Source: Bacillales bacterium UBA6865
GTDB taxonomy: Bacteria; Bacillota_I; Bacilli_A; RFN20; CAG-826
Assembly: GCA_002449265.1 (NCBI GenBank)
Contig: DKCV01000021.1
Coordinates: 45,777-109,776, forward strand
Length of the DNA: 64,000 bases
Reading direction: 5' to 3'
A program made the position numbers and the translations under genes. Positions 1-9,881 of this stretch are shown here, piece by piece (position 1 is the stretch's first letter; each line of letters opens with the position of its first letter). The notes under the pieces are model-generated. The model was not told where the DNA came from. It was given only the letters and a program-made list of their open reading frames with translations, and did no database searches.

Positions 1-152
1 ACCAAAAATATTCGGCGGTTGAGTTTGCTCCGATTCTAGAAGAAATGATCGCAAAAGAAGTCTATTCGGAACGTGCCTTAGTGGATTCTTATTTCTTATT
101 GGACGAAGAAAAGATTCCCTTAAAAGGAAAAAGCGCCAAAACGTTTCAATGA
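1..152 (+). CDS. 3' end of an upstream CDS of unknown function (partial, runs off the window start)
   Basis: Open frame from position 3 to the TGA at 150-152, translating ...AVEFAPILEEMIAKEVYSERALVDSYFLLDEEKIPLKGKSAKTFQ*. No family recognised. Confidence 0.3.
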   Translation, partial: QKYSAVEFAPILEEMIAKEVYSERALVDSYFLLDEEKIPLKGKSAKTFQ

Positions 153-904
153 GATAAAGTCTCAGCGAATTTAACCGCGTAATCAAACGCGTCTAGTTGG
201 CTTTTCTTTTCTTTTTCGTCTCCTAGATTTTCTCGATTCCAAATTGGGGCGTCGAGCAAATCTCCACCAAAAAAGAACGTGAAAAAGCGAAAATCACGGT
301 ATTCGGCGAGAGTTTCTAAGCCAGCGCACTCCATATCGACGGCGATGCATCCTTCTTTGACGCGGCGCGCCATTTCTTCCTTCGTTTCATGATAAAAAGC
401 ATCCGTTGTCCATGTTTTTCCTTTTGCCATTGGAACGTTTTCCTTTTGGAAGAATTTTGCCGTGATATCACTTGTTTTTATGTCAATATAATCGCTATTT
501 TTTCGGAAGTGATAGGAAAACCCCTCATCGCGATAAGCACTAGTTGGGACAATGATTTTTCCTTTCGATATGCATTGATTCAAGATGCCACAACTTCCAA
601 AGACAATAAAGTTTTTAGCGCCTGAAATATAACGAGCTTCGTCCATCATCATCCCAGCACTTGGCGCCCCGATTTGAGAAAGATAAAAAAGGATTCGAGT
701 GCCTTTAATACGATATAAAGATGAGCGAGCGATAGATTCGCTGACTAATCCGACAATTTCTGTTTCATAGCGTTCCAGCGCTTTCTTTAAAACGTCTAAA
801 GAGAAAAAAGCGATACAGGTGTCTCCATAATCGCCTTTACTAGAACAAAAATCTTTCGGACCCATGATTGGGGTCTCGCCCTCAATGTAACTTTTCGTAA
901 TCAT
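146..904 (-). CDS. Nucleoside phosphorylase, PNP/UDP family 1 (DeoD or uridine phosphorylase-like)
   Basis: 252 aa. Has the family motifs IVFGSCGIL and VDMECAGL, and GAPSAGMMMDE resembles the phosphate-binding loop. Sits next to pdp. Confidence 0.7.
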   Translation of the reverse strand: MITKSYIEGETPIMGPKDFCSSKGDYGDTCIAFFSLDVLKKALERYETEIVGLVSESIARSSLYRIKGTRILFYLSQIGAPSAGMMMDEARYISGAKNFIVFGSCGILNQCISKGKIIVPTSAYRDEGFSYHFRKNSDYIDIKTSDITAKFFQKENVPMAKGKTWTTDAFYHETKEEMARRVKEGCIAVDMECAGLETLAEYRDFRFFTFFFGGDLLDAPIWNRENLGDEKEKKSQLDAFDYAVKFAETLSH

Positions 905-941
905 CTATCTTCCTCCAAAAAAGAAGACGGGTTTTAGCCCG

Positions 942-2288
942 TCATTCCCAGTCCCTGCGTAATCCTTTTGGATAGTGGTTTTTCGCAATGCCTTGCGTAA
1001 CTTTAACGTATCCAAGATTTCGTTTATCGTAGCTTACGATATAAAAGCCATCGCTTCGATCTAATTCAAACACATCACCATGAACATATTTCTTCGCGTC
1101 TTCTAAGGAAATCGGAATGCTATATTTGCTATCCAAGAAGTGGGCTAAATGGTGGTCAGGGATGAAAATATCGCGCATTTCGAACAATTTCACGCCGTAT
1201 CGGAGCACATTAAGATGCGAAGTGTCGAAATGCTGATAAATGGAATAGAATTTATGGCGCATTTCCTCATTACTACGGTCAAGCAAACCGTATTCTCCCA
1301 AAAATTCTTTATAGCGGGGGTAAGAAAGAACTTCTTTTTTCGTTTTAACGAGTTCGCCTGGTTTTTTGAATAAGCAAATGAATTGGCCTTCTCCCTCAAA
1401 ATGATTCGGGAATAAATGCACGGCTTCAGGCACTTCTTTGGTGCGATAAAAAGAAGGGTCGTCTTTTAAAGGAACGAGTTCAATTTCTGGATGGCGGTTC
1501 TTCATGGAAAGAATCACGTTGTCGTTTTCTTCGATATTGAACGAGCAAGTGCTATAAGAGATAGTGCCACCTGGTTTTAGCATCGAATAAGCTAGTTCAA
1601 GGATTTCAATCTGACGCTTGCTATTGCTTTTGACTTTTGTGTAACTCCAGTCTTTTTTCGCTTCGCTATTTTTGCGCATCATCGCGCTACCGCTACACGG
1701 TGCATCAACAATGATTTTGTCGAAGGTATCCTTAAAATGGATATAACTAAAAACGAAATCGTTACTTGCTACGATAATATCGCCTCTTCCCATGCGCTCC
1801 ACATTTTGGCTCATGGCTTTGGCGCGAGGATAAGAAATATCATTACTGATGATGCAACCCTTGTCATTCATTGCCAAAGAAGCACCGATAGATTTTCCGC
1901 CAGGAGCAGCGCACATATCCAAGATGACATCGTCTTCTTCTGGATGGAGGAAATAAACAGGCATCATCGCGGCTGGATCTTCAATCGAGAATACGCCGTC
2001 TTCATAAAGCATGCTTTTTCCGAATTCATATTCAGATTTGTCATACAAATAGGCGTGTTCCACGAAAGGGTGTTTCTTCACATTCGGAAAACGGGAAAGA
2101 AATTCCTCATCGCTCATTTTCTTTGTGTTCAAAAGTAAGGCGTGGGTCACTTTCCCTTCTTCGATAGAGGCAATCAAGGAGTCAGCTTCGCTTTCAGGCA
2201 AATACTCAAGTAAACTTTCTTTAAATGTCATGGTGCTAATTATAGGCGAAAACAATAAAAAAAGATAGACGCTTACGATAATTGACAA
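942..2288 (-). CDS. RsmB/RsmF (NOL1/NOP2/Sun) family RNA m5C methyltransferase
   Basis: 448 aa. SAM-binding motif DMCAAPGGKS and catalytic DAPCSGSAMMRKN, as in 16S rRNA m5C methyltransferases. Confidence 0.7.
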   Translation of the reverse strand: MSIIVSVYLFLLFSPIISTMTFKESLLEYLPESEADSLIASIEEGKVTHALLLNTKKMSDEEFLSRFPNVKKHPFVEHAYLYDKSEYEFGKSMLYEDGVFSIEDPAAMMPVYFLHPEEDDVILDMCAAPGGKSIGASLAMNDKGCIISNDISYPRAKAMSQNVERMGRGDIIVASNDFVFSYIHFKDTFDKIIVDAPCSGSAMMRKNSEAKKDWSYTKVKSNSKRQIEILELAYSMLKPGGTISYSTCSFNIEENDNVILSMKNRHPEIELVPLKDDPSFYRTKEVPEAVHLFPNHFEGEGQFICLFKKPGELVKTKKEVLSYPRYKEFLGEYGLLDRSNEEMRHKFYSIYQHFDTSHLNVLRYGVKLFEMRDIFIPDHHLAHFLDSKYSIPISLEDAKKYVHGDVFELDRSDGFYIVSYDKRNLGYVKVTQGIAKNHYPKGLRRDWE

Positions 2289-2318
2289 TCATTAAAATAA
2301 AGATTTTTTACCTCGAGT

Positions 2319-2346
2319 TTGAAGAAAACATCTAGCGCTTTATAAT
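2319..2346 (+). promoter_or_regulatory. Sigma-A type promoter for pdp (TTGAAG, 16-17 nt spacer, TATAAT)
   Basis: ttgaag aaaacatctagcgctt tataat, about 30 nt upstream of the pdp ATG at 2375. Confidence 0.4.
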
Positions 2347-2374
2347 TGAAGCAACTAAATGAGGTAATACGCTT

Positions 2375-3679
2375 ATGAGAATGGTTGATATTATTGCCAA
2401 AAAAAGAGATGGATTCGTTTTGTCCAAAGATGAAATTCATTTCTTTATCCAAGGATATACGAACGGCTCTATCCCTGATTATCAAATGAGTGCACTAGCG
2501 ATGGCAATCGTTTTAAAAGGCATGAATAAAGAAGAGACCGCCAATTTAACGGAAGCCATGATGCATAGCGGCGAAATGATTGATCTTTCTTTGATTAAAG
2601 GAATTAAAGTCGATAAACATAGCACGGGTGGGGTTGGCGATAAAACTTCTTTAGCGCTTGGCCCGCTAGTCGCTAGTTGTGGCGCTAAGCTCGCTAAGAT
2701 GAGTGGAAGAGGGTTAGGACATACGGGTGGAACACTTGATAAGATGGAAAGTGTCCCAGGAATGTCGATTTCCTTAACGGATAAACAATTTATTGACCAA
2801 GTAAATCGAATTGGTATCGCTATTATTGGCCAAACTGCTGATATTGATCCAGCCGATAAAAAGCTCTATGCACTTCGCGATGTCACGGCGACGGTTCAAT
2901 CTATTCCTTTGATTGCGAGTTCCATCATGAGCAAAAAACTTGCTAGTGGCGCTGATGCGATTTTATTGGATGTTAAATTCGGTAGTGGCGCCTTTATGAA
3001 AACGATTGATCAAGCTCGAGAGCTCGCGACCTGCATGGTGGAAATCGGCGATTCCTTAGGAAGAGATACGCGCGCGATTTTAACCGATATGGACGAGCCG
3101 CTAGGCTTAGCCGTAGGAAATGCTTTAGAAGTCAAAGAGGCGATTGCGACATTAAAAGGGCATGGGCCAAAAGATTTTGTGGAACTTGTTGTTGGGGCAG
3201 GCGCAATCATGCTTGAGCAAGCTCATATTGTTTCTTCTTATGAAGAGGGACGCAAAAAAATCTTAGAAGCGATAGAAAACGGAAAAGGCTTTGAAAAACA
3301 AAAAGAATTCTTTCAAGCACAAGGCGGAGATGTTTCTTATCTTGATCACCCCGAAAAATTTCCTGTTTCAAAAATCGTTACCCCAATATTCGCTTCTACT
3401 GACGGGTATGTAAAACGAATTGATTCTTTGTCAATTGGTATCAGTGCGATGAAACTTGGCGCCGGAAGAGAAACGTTGGCCGACGTTATTGATATGTCTA
3501 GCGGTATCGTTTTAAATAAAAAAGTAGGGGACAAAGTTAAGAAAGGCGAACTACTTGCGACCGCTTATACGAATAAAAACGGTGTTGACGATGTTTATTC
3601 TGATATTCATAATGCTTTCGTTTTAAGCGATACCCCGCTTAAAGTTCGCCCAATTATTCACGAATATATTCACAAATGA
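2375..3679 (+). CDS. pdp: Pyrimidine-nucleoside (thymidine) phosphorylase
   Basis: 434 aa. Carries the hallmark HSTGGVGDKTSLALGPLVASCGAKLAKMSGRGLGHTGGTLDKMES. Ends at TGA, overlapping the dtd start (ATGA). Confidence 0.9.
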   Translation: MRMVDIIAKKRDGFVLSKDEIHFFIQGYTNGSIPDYQMSALAMAIVLKGMNKEETANLTEAMMHSGEMIDLSLIKGIKVDKHSTGGVGDKTSLALGPLVASCGAKLAKMSGRGLGHTGGTLDKMESVPGMSISLTDKQFIDQVNRIGIAIIGQTADIDPADKKLYALRDVTATVQSIPLIASSIMSKKLASGADAILLDVKFGSGAFMKTIDQARELATCMVEIGDSLGRDTRAILTDMDEPLGLAVGNALEVKEAIATLKGHGPKDFVELVVGAGAIMLEQAHIVSSYEEGRKKILEAIENGKGFEKQKEFFQAQGGDVSYLDHPEKFPVSKIVTPIFASTDGYVKRIDSLSIGISAMKLGAGRETLADVIDMSSGIVLNKKVGDKVKKGELLATAYTNKNGVDDVYSDIHNAFVLSDTPLKVRPIIHEYIHK

Positions 3680-4131
3680 GAGTTTTAGTTCAAGTCGTTA
3701 AAGAGGCTTCTGTCACAATCGAAGGAAAACTATATTCCCAAATCGGAAAAGGTCTTTTGCTTTTTGTTGGTTTTACGGAAGGGGATGACATTTCCGTCTT
3801 AGAAAAGATGGCAGATAAAGTCACAAAATTACGTATATTTGAAGATACAAACGGAAAGACAAATCTTTCGCTTCGTGATGAGTGCGGCGAAATCCTTTCG
3901 GTGAGCCAATTCACTTTATACGGGAACGCAAAAGAAGGGAACCGGCCTTCCTTTGTTGAAGCGATGAAACCTATGGATGCTAAAACGCTTTTTGCACTTT
4001 GGAATAATTTGTTGATACAAAGATTTCCTCACGTAAAAACCGGTGTTTTCCAAGCGGATATGAAAGTAGGTCTTATTAACGATGGGCCATTTACTTTATG
4101 GCTAGATAGTAAGGAGTTATGGGGGAAATGA
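3676..4131 (+). CDS. dtd: D-aminoacyl-tRNA deacylase
   Basis: 151 aa. N-terminus MRVLVQVVKEASVTIEG and the SQFTLYGN...GNRPSF motif are typical of Dtd. Confidence 0.9.
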   Translation: MRVLVQVVKEASVTIEGKLYSQIGKGLLLFVGFTEGDDISVLEKMADKVTKLRIFEDTNGKTNLSLRDECGEILSVSQFTLYGNAKEGNRPSFVEAMKPMDAKTLFALWNNLLIQRFPHVKTGVFQADMKVGLINDGPFTLWLDSKELWGK

Positions 4132-5267
4132 GCAAAAAAGTATTGCTTGGTTTAAGCGGAGGCGTTGATAGTGCGATTGCCGCTTATAAACTGAAAAAAA
4201 GCGGTTATGAAGTCACTGGCTGCTTTATGCGTAACTGGGATGCGATGGCGAATAACGACTATTTAGGGAATCCTACCATCAATGATAATATTTGCCCACA
4301 AGAAGCCGATTATCATGATGCTCAAAAAGTTGCAGAGAAATTAGCCATCCCCTTATTAAGAATTGATTTCATTAAAGAATACTGGGATAACGTTTTTGCA
4401 TATTTCCTTCGTGAATACGAAAGAGGCAGGACCCCAAATCCCGATGTTTTATGCAATAAATACATTAAATTTGATAGCTTTTTGAAGTTCGCTAACGAGA
4501 AAGGCTTCGATTACATTGCGATGGGGCACTACGCGAAAAAAGTGACAAAAGATGGTCATGCTTATTTAGCTAAACCTCTCGACGAGAAAAAAGATCAAAC
4601 CTATTTCCTTTGCCAAGTTAATGAAGAGCAAATCGCTCATTCTTTATTTCCAATGTGCAATATCACGAAAGTGGAGTCACGAAAGCTTGCCGAAGAGCTC
4701 GGACTTACCGAAGTAGCTTCTAAACACGGCTCTACGGGAATTTGTTTTATTGGCGAACGTAATTTCCGCGAATTTTTGCATAATTATTTCCCAGCGAAAA
4801 AAGGTGATATTATCGATATCGAAAGTGGAAAGAAAATTGGTACACATATGGGTGTACTTTATTACACACTTGGTCAGCACAAAGGACTTGGCGTTGGGGG
4901 AGTAAAGGGACTAGGGGAAGAAGCCTGGTTTGTTTGCAAAAAAGATGTCAAAAACAACATCCTTTATGTCACAAACGGGGATGAAGACGAACACCTTAAT
5001 AGCGATTCTTGTCTTGTAACCGATATTAATTGGATTGGTGATAAGCCTTTAAAGGAACTCCCAGTATTAGTGAAATTCCGTTATCGGCAATCTGATCAAC
5101 CCTGCAAACTTCATTTCGAGGGCGATAACGTAAAACTCATTTACGATTCTCCTTACAAAGCAGTAACTCCAGGACAATTCGCCGCTTTCTATTTAGAAGA
5201 TGGCAGAATGTTAGGAGGCGGAATTATTGACCAAATTTTCTATCACGGAAAACGAAATGACATTTGA
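4119..5267 (+). CDS. mnmA: tRNA-specific 2-thiouridylase MnmA
   Basis: 382 aa. PP-loop LLGLSGGVDSAIAAY plus the conserved cysteines. Ends at TGA. Confidence 0.9.
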   Translation: MGEMSKKVLLGLSGGVDSAIAAYKLKKSGYEVTGCFMRNWDAMANNDYLGNPTINDNICPQEADYHDAQKVAEKLAIPLLRIDFIKEYWDNVFAYFLREYERGRTPNPDVLCNKYIKFDSFLKFANEKGFDYIAMGHYAKKVTKDGHAYLAKPLDEKKDQTYFLCQVNEEQIAHSLFPMCNITKVESRKLAEELGLTEVASKHGSTGICFIGERNFREFLHNYFPAKKGDIIDIESGKKIGTHMGVLYYTLGQHKGLGVGGVKGLGEEAWFVCKKDVKNNILYVTNGDEDEHLNSDSCLVTDINWIGDKPLKELPVLVKFRYRQSDQPCKLHFEGDNVKLIYDSPYKAVTPGQFAAFYLEDGRMLGGGIIDQIFYHGKRNDI

Positions 5268-5278
5268 TTTTAGTGTTT

Positions 5279-6400
5279 ATGAAAACGAAAAGACCTTCCA
5301 GAATTCCAATAAAGGGAATGAAGATCTCCTTTCTTTTTCTCTTATCGGCTTTTTCGCTTAGTGGTTGCAACCTAAAATGGAATTTGGTTAGAAACTCTTC
5401 TAGCGAATCGACGATAGAAGGGAAATATTCTCCGATTTCCTTCCATTTTTTGACGCTTGGAAATAGTTATAATGGTGATTCCATTTATATTAAAGCCGGG
5501 GATAACGATATTCTTATTGATGCAGGGAGCAGGAACAATAGTGCTCCTACGATCGAATCGTATGTTGATCAATATTGCGTAGATAAAAAACTAGAATATG
5601 TGATTGCTACACACGCCCATCAAGACCATATTGCTGCCTTTAGTGGAGACAAGGGAATCTTTGCAAAATACGATGTTGGGACGATTATTGATTTTGGTGA
5701 AACCATGGCCAGTACCGATATCTATACTAAGTATTGTAAAAGTCGTGACGAATCGATTAAAAAAGGTGCGAAATATTATTCAAGCAAGCAATGCTTCTAT
5801 GAAACGGATGGCGCTCAAAAAGTCTATTCTTTAGGTGAAGGGCTTTCGATGCGAATTCTATATCAAGTAGCCTACGATAATACTCCAAAATATAGTGAAG
5901 AAAACAATAACAGCGTTTGTCTTCTTTTTGAACAAGGGGAGAAAAAGATGCTTTTTACTGGCGACTTAGAAGAAAAAGGCTGCAAGAGTTTGTTGGAGCA
6001 TAACGAAATCGGGGAAGTTGATTTATACAAAGGCGGGCATCATGGTTCGATTAACGCAAACCCCGATTCCTTGCTGAGCAGCATAAAACCAAAAACCATT
6101 TGCACGTGCTGCGTTGCCGGAAGTACGGAATATACGCCCTACAAAGAAAATACGATGCCCTATCAAAGAACGATCGATAATTGGGCAAAATATACGGATG
6201 ACGTTTATTTGACTAGCTATATGAAATACGATGCCGATTCCACTGGTAAAGGTACTTGTATGGATTTAAACGGGAACATAACTGTGAATTACGATAAAGC
6301 GGGGCAAAAAAGCGTTAAAGGGAGCGCCAGTTCAGCAAAATTAAAGGATACCGAATGGATGAAAAATAACCGCACCATGCCAAAGAATTGGCTTTCTTAA
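5279..6400 (+). CDS. Secreted lipoprotein with a ComEC/Rec2-type metallo-beta-lactamase fold domain
   Basis: Signal peptide with a lipobox (LSAFSLSGC) after MKTKRPSRIPIKGMKISFLFL. MBL motifs ATHAHQDHIAAFSG and GGHHGS match the HGDYDHIG / VGHHGS motifs in the C-terminal domain of the ComEC at 16607-18712. The track ORF starts at a TTG at 5264; ATG at 5279 or 5318 is the more likely start. Confidence 0.6.
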   Translation: MKTKRPSRIPIKGMKISFLFLLSAFSLSGCNLKWNLVRNSSSESTIEGKYSPISFHFLTLGNSYNGDSIYIKAGDNDILIDAGSRNNSAPTIESYVDQYCVDKKLEYVIATHAHQDHIAAFSGDKGIFAKYDVGTIIDFGETMASTDIYTKYCKSRDESIKKGAKYYSSKQCFYETDGAQKVYSLGEGLSMRILYQVAYDNTPKYSEENNNSVCLLFEQGEKKMLFTGDLEEKGCKSLLEHNEIGEVDLYKGGHHGSINANPDSLLSSIKPKTICTCCVAGSTEYTPYKENTMPYQRTIDNWAKYTDDVYLTSYMKYDADSTGKGTCMDLNGNITVNYDKAGQKSVKGSASSAKLKDTEWMKNNRTMPKNWLS

Positions 6401-6524
6401 ATTACGAATAATTTTGTGTAGTTTTTTTCATCCTCTTTAGAGATTATTCGATTTTCCGATTTTGAGTAGACTTTCATAATGTGATTTGAAATAGCGCGTT
6501 TATCGCAATATTTTACGTATCATT

Positions 6525-8804
6525 ATGGTAAAACTCTTTCATGCTAGTGTGACCTTTTGCACGAATAAAATCCCTTTTGTCGCCTTAAAGGACATTAATC
6601 TCGCGTTTAAAGATAGGGGCCTATTTTTCATTACGGGAAAGTCAGGATCAGGCAAGAGCACTTTGCTTAGCGTGATTGGCGGATTATTATCCTTAACGAA
6701 TGGAGAATACGAATTCGAAGGCGTATCCATAAAAAACTTTTCTAAAAAAGAAAAGGAAGAATTTTTAGCAAGCAAAGTCAGCTTTGTTTTCCAGGATTTT
6801 AATTTACTGGCTGATTTTTCTATCGATCAGAATCTTTTTCTCGCTGGCGCAAAAGAGAATGAAACCATCGTATCGCTTCTAGACCTTGTTGGTTTAGGAA
6901 ATAAGCGGGAAGTTCCAATTTCCTCTCTTTCTGGAGGCGAGAGGCAACGTTTGGCTATTGCGCGCGCTTTAAGCAAAAAAACAAAAGTTCTTTTGCTCGA
7001 TGAACCTACGTGCAATTTAGACACAAAAAACGCCGCAAAAGTCTTCTCTTTAATTAAAAAGATAAGCCAAGAGAAACTTGTTATAGCGGTGACTCACGAT
7101 AGAAAAAGTGTGAAACTTTATGGGGATTATGAAATTCACTTGGCGGATGGAAAAGTGGAAGCAATTAAGAAATTCAAAAATGAAGTTTCTTCTAATATTT
7201 CTATCCCTTTCGCGAATCATAAACCGCATTTCTCGCTTTCGATGGGAACAAATTACGCATTTTCGTTACTAAAAAAGAAAAAAGGAAGAGTTACCCTTTC
7301 TTTTATAATTCTTTATTTGTCTTTGTCGTTGACAATATTGTGGAGCGTCTTTTTTCTATTCGATGAGAAAAGCGCTTTGACTAGTGCCTTTGAAACTTAT
7401 GGAATCACTTTTGCTCCTCTTTATAAATTAGGAGAAAAAGATGCAAGTCAAAAGTTAATACTTCGTTATGGCAATGAAATGGCGGAAGGCTTAAAAGAAA
7501 GGAATATACCTTCTGCGCCTTTCGTTAATGTTACTTTCCCTAGTCACGAAGATACAAAATGTCGTTTGTTTGCGATTCGTAAGCCTGTTTTTATTTCCAA
7601 CAAGAAAATCGAGGTTCCTAAAGATGGACATATCGTCATCTCTTCATCCTTAAAAGAAAAAATCGGAGATAAAAGAGAATTCGATATCCTTTTTCCAAAA
7701 GAAATTTACCGCCAAGAACACCTTGCCGTGGAAGGTGTTTTCTTATATTCACCAACTGATTCTTCTAAGAAAGACAAAGAAATTCAAAATGGGATAGGGG
7801 AGTTAAGTAGCGACAATATCGCCTTTATTTCCTTATCTCAATTTCATAAAAGTATCGCATCTGCAGCTGCTTTTGGCTTAGTCACGGCGGATTTTTTGCA
7901 TCGCTATTCTCTATCGAGTTCTTCTCTTTATTCGAAGACGACTTCTTATTCACTTTACGAAGACACCACGCTTTTATTTGGCAATAAACCCTCTAAAGAA
8001 AATGATGTTGTCATTTCCTATTCTTACGCTTCAAGCTTAGTTTATGGAGAAGACGAAATGAAGGAAATGGTAGGCAAAATGTATTCTTATGAGAATTTTC
8101 AAAACATTCTTAAGTCGTTTTTTGAGGAACGAATGGTTGATCCTTTTTCCCTCTATAAAGAAGTGAGAATTGTTGGGATTTCGAAAGAAAATGAATCAAT
8201 AGATGTTATGGTTCATCCTAGATTTTTTGAAAAAATAAAAGAAAAATTCTTATCTCATGCAGGAAATGGATTCTACGCTTTCGGTAATAACGCCAAAGAA
8301 CTTGCAAATGCTATTGGAGGAACTAGCTTTCGCGCCGATTTAAAATTAGCGGAGGTGATATATTCCTTGTTTGATATTTTTACGAAACAGTTTTTCTTTG
8401 CTTCTTTAACAATATTCCTCGCTTTGATTCTACTTTCTTCATTGTTTTTAGGACTATTCTCCATTTCTAATGTTAAAGAGAAGGAAAAAGAATTCGCGGT
8501 TCTGAAGTCGCTTGGAATTAGGGAAAGTGAAATTTCGCGGATATTTTTCCTAGAAAATTCTTTTGTAATTTTCCCATGTCTTCTCCTTTCTTTCTTTTCT
8601 TCGCTACTCGTTGTGCGTTTGTTGAATTCAGTTTTTGCAACGTTATTACATCTTGATAAGCCACTCGTATTTTTCACAATTGGTGGAGACAATGTATTAA
8701 TCCTGTTTATTGTTGTTCTAGCAGTCACTATTTTTTCTAGCCTTCTCCCGATCTTTAAAACAAGAAAAATGGATATTGCCCATATTCTTAAAGAGCTTGG
8801 GTAA
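6525..8804 (+). CDS. MacB-like ABC transporter, ATPase::FtsX-permease fusion (paralog A1)
   Basis: 759 aa. N-terminal NBD with Walker A GKSGSGKST, signature LSGGERQRLAIARAL, Walker B LLLDEPT, H-loop VTHD. Then TM1 (LSFIILYLSLSLTILWSVFFLF), a roughly 330-aa extracytoplasmic domain, and three C-terminal TMs (FtsX 4-TM topology). Confidence 0.75.
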   Translation: MVKLFHASVTFCTNKIPFVALKDINLAFKDRGLFFITGKSGSGKSTLLSVIGGLLSLTNGEYEFEGVSIKNFSKKEKEEFLASKVSFVFQDFNLLADFSIDQNLFLAGAKENETIVSLLDLVGLGNKREVPISSLSGGERQRLAIARALSKKTKVLLLDEPTCNLDTKNAAKVFSLIKKISQEKLVIAVTHDRKSVKLYGDYEIHLADGKVEAIKKFKNEVSSNISIPFANHKPHFSLSMGTNYAFSLLKKKKGRVTLSFIILYLSLSLTILWSVFFLFDEKSALTSAFETYGITFAPLYKLGEKDASQKLILRYGNEMAEGLKERNIPSAPFVNVTFPSHEDTKCRLFAIRKPVFISNKKIEVPKDGHIVISSSLKEKIGDKREFDILFPKEIYRQEHLAVEGVFLYSPTDSSKKDKEIQNGIGELSSDNIAFISLSQFHKSIASAAAFGLVTADFLHRYSLSSSSLYSKTTSYSLYEDTTLLFGNKPSKENDVVISYSYASSLVYGEDEMKEMVGKMYSYENFQNILKSFFEERMVDPFSLYKEVRIVGISKENESIDVMVHPRFFEKIKEKFLSHAGNGFYAFGNNAKELANAIGGTSFRADLKLAEVIYSLFDIFTKQFFFASLTIFLALILLSSLFLGLFSISNVKEKEKEFAVLKSLGIRESEISRIFFLENSFVIFPCLLLSFFSSLLVVRLLNSVFATLLHLDKPLVFFTIGGDNVLILFIVVLAVTIFSSLLPIFKTRKMDIAHILKELG

Positions 8805-9027
8805 GCAAATTTAAAGTAGAGTTTATTTGAGTTTTTGTAGAGATAATTCTATTCCTCGACAAGCTTATTTTGCCGATACTATGCTTGTTAGGCTCTAATG
8901 TTTTATTCGTGATGAAAGGAATGGGTCAAAACGTTCTCCTTCTTTTGTGATGTGAACCGGTTTGATAATTCTAAATTTACGATAAAAAGAATCTAACAAG
9001 AATTGGATGAACTAGAAAGGATTAGCT

Positions 9028-9870
9028 ATGAATTGTTCGTTTTTCGTTTCCTGTATCAGCTTTGTGACTTTTTTGACTGGGTATCGTGGTATCGACCCCC
9101 ATGATAAAAAATCTCTAAGAAATAATCCTGTAGATGCTATGAATTCTGATTCTCTTGTCCGTAAAAAAAGAAGCACTCCTAATACGAATCAAATGTTTTT
9201 AGAGGAGCTTCAAGCTCATGGCTTTGATATTGGGAGTGATTGGGTTCCTTTTGGGATGAAGGACAATAGGGTCGCTAATGGAGAATACAAATTTATTGAA
9301 GAAGGAAAAACAAGAATCAACTACGACATTTCTTATCAGCATGCTCTTTTAAGAAAAAATATTGATTACGCTGGAATATACTCTTTTGTCTATAAAATAA
9401 CGATTGTGCCTTATCAGGTTAGGGATCATGGATTTTTTGGTCTGAATAGTTCTGGAGACGATTGGTATGTGAGGGGCGTAAACACTGTTGCTAGAGTCCG
9501 ACAAGAAAATCGTATCACTTATTGGTCACCTCAAAATAAGGGCAGTATTAGGAATGGAACGCTTGGATTCAGCGCTGGAACTTCCGGAATAAATTTTTCG
9601 GTTCAAGTTCCTTTCGAGGGAAAAGAATTCGATGTTATTTCTAAAACAAAACCATCATCCTCGATTTATTCCACGGAATATATTGTTCGCGGTGAGGGGG
9701 ATTTCGCACGAAACAGCGTGATGTTTTTTGGCTACTTTGTTTTTCTAGCTAATCGTGGCTCTCCACAAGTTGAAATAGAACATACATGCAAATTATTTGG
9801 CAAATTTTGGTATGGGACAAAAACCTATCAAATCAGTTGCATTTTCCCAGCATATAGAAATCAGTACTAA
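9028..9870 (+). CDS. Hypothetical secreted or surface protein, beta-rich, no recognised domain
   Basis: 280 aa. RBS gaaagga upstream. Hydrophobic N-terminus MNCSFFVSCISFVTFLTG, with a possible atypical lipobox FVSC. Rich in Y/G/S/N/T with alternating-polarity stretches (GTLGFSAGTSGINFSVQV). Sits between the two A-type ABC::FtsX genes. Confidence 0.45.
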   Translation: MNCSFFVSCISFVTFLTGYRGIDPHDKKSLRNNPVDAMNSDSLVRKKRSTPNTNQMFLEELQAHGFDIGSDWVPFGMKDNRVANGEYKFIEEGKTRINYDISYQHALLRKNIDYAGIYSFVYKITIVPYQVRDHGFFGLNSSGDDWYVRGVNTVARVRQENRITYWSPQNKGSIRNGTLGFSAGTSGINFSVQVPFEGKEFDVISKTKPSSSIYSTEYIVRGEGDFARNSVMFFGYFVFLANRGSPQVEIEHTCKLFGKFWYGTKTYQISCIFPAYRNQY

Positions 9871-9881
9871 TTGGTGTTTTT

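Noticed and set aside
1149-2138. Several 69-133-aa ORFs on both strands (1149-1373, 1190-1399, 1737-2138)
   Set aside because: They are nested inside or antisense to the well-supported RsmB/F-like methyltransferase gene, and none has a recognisable motif.
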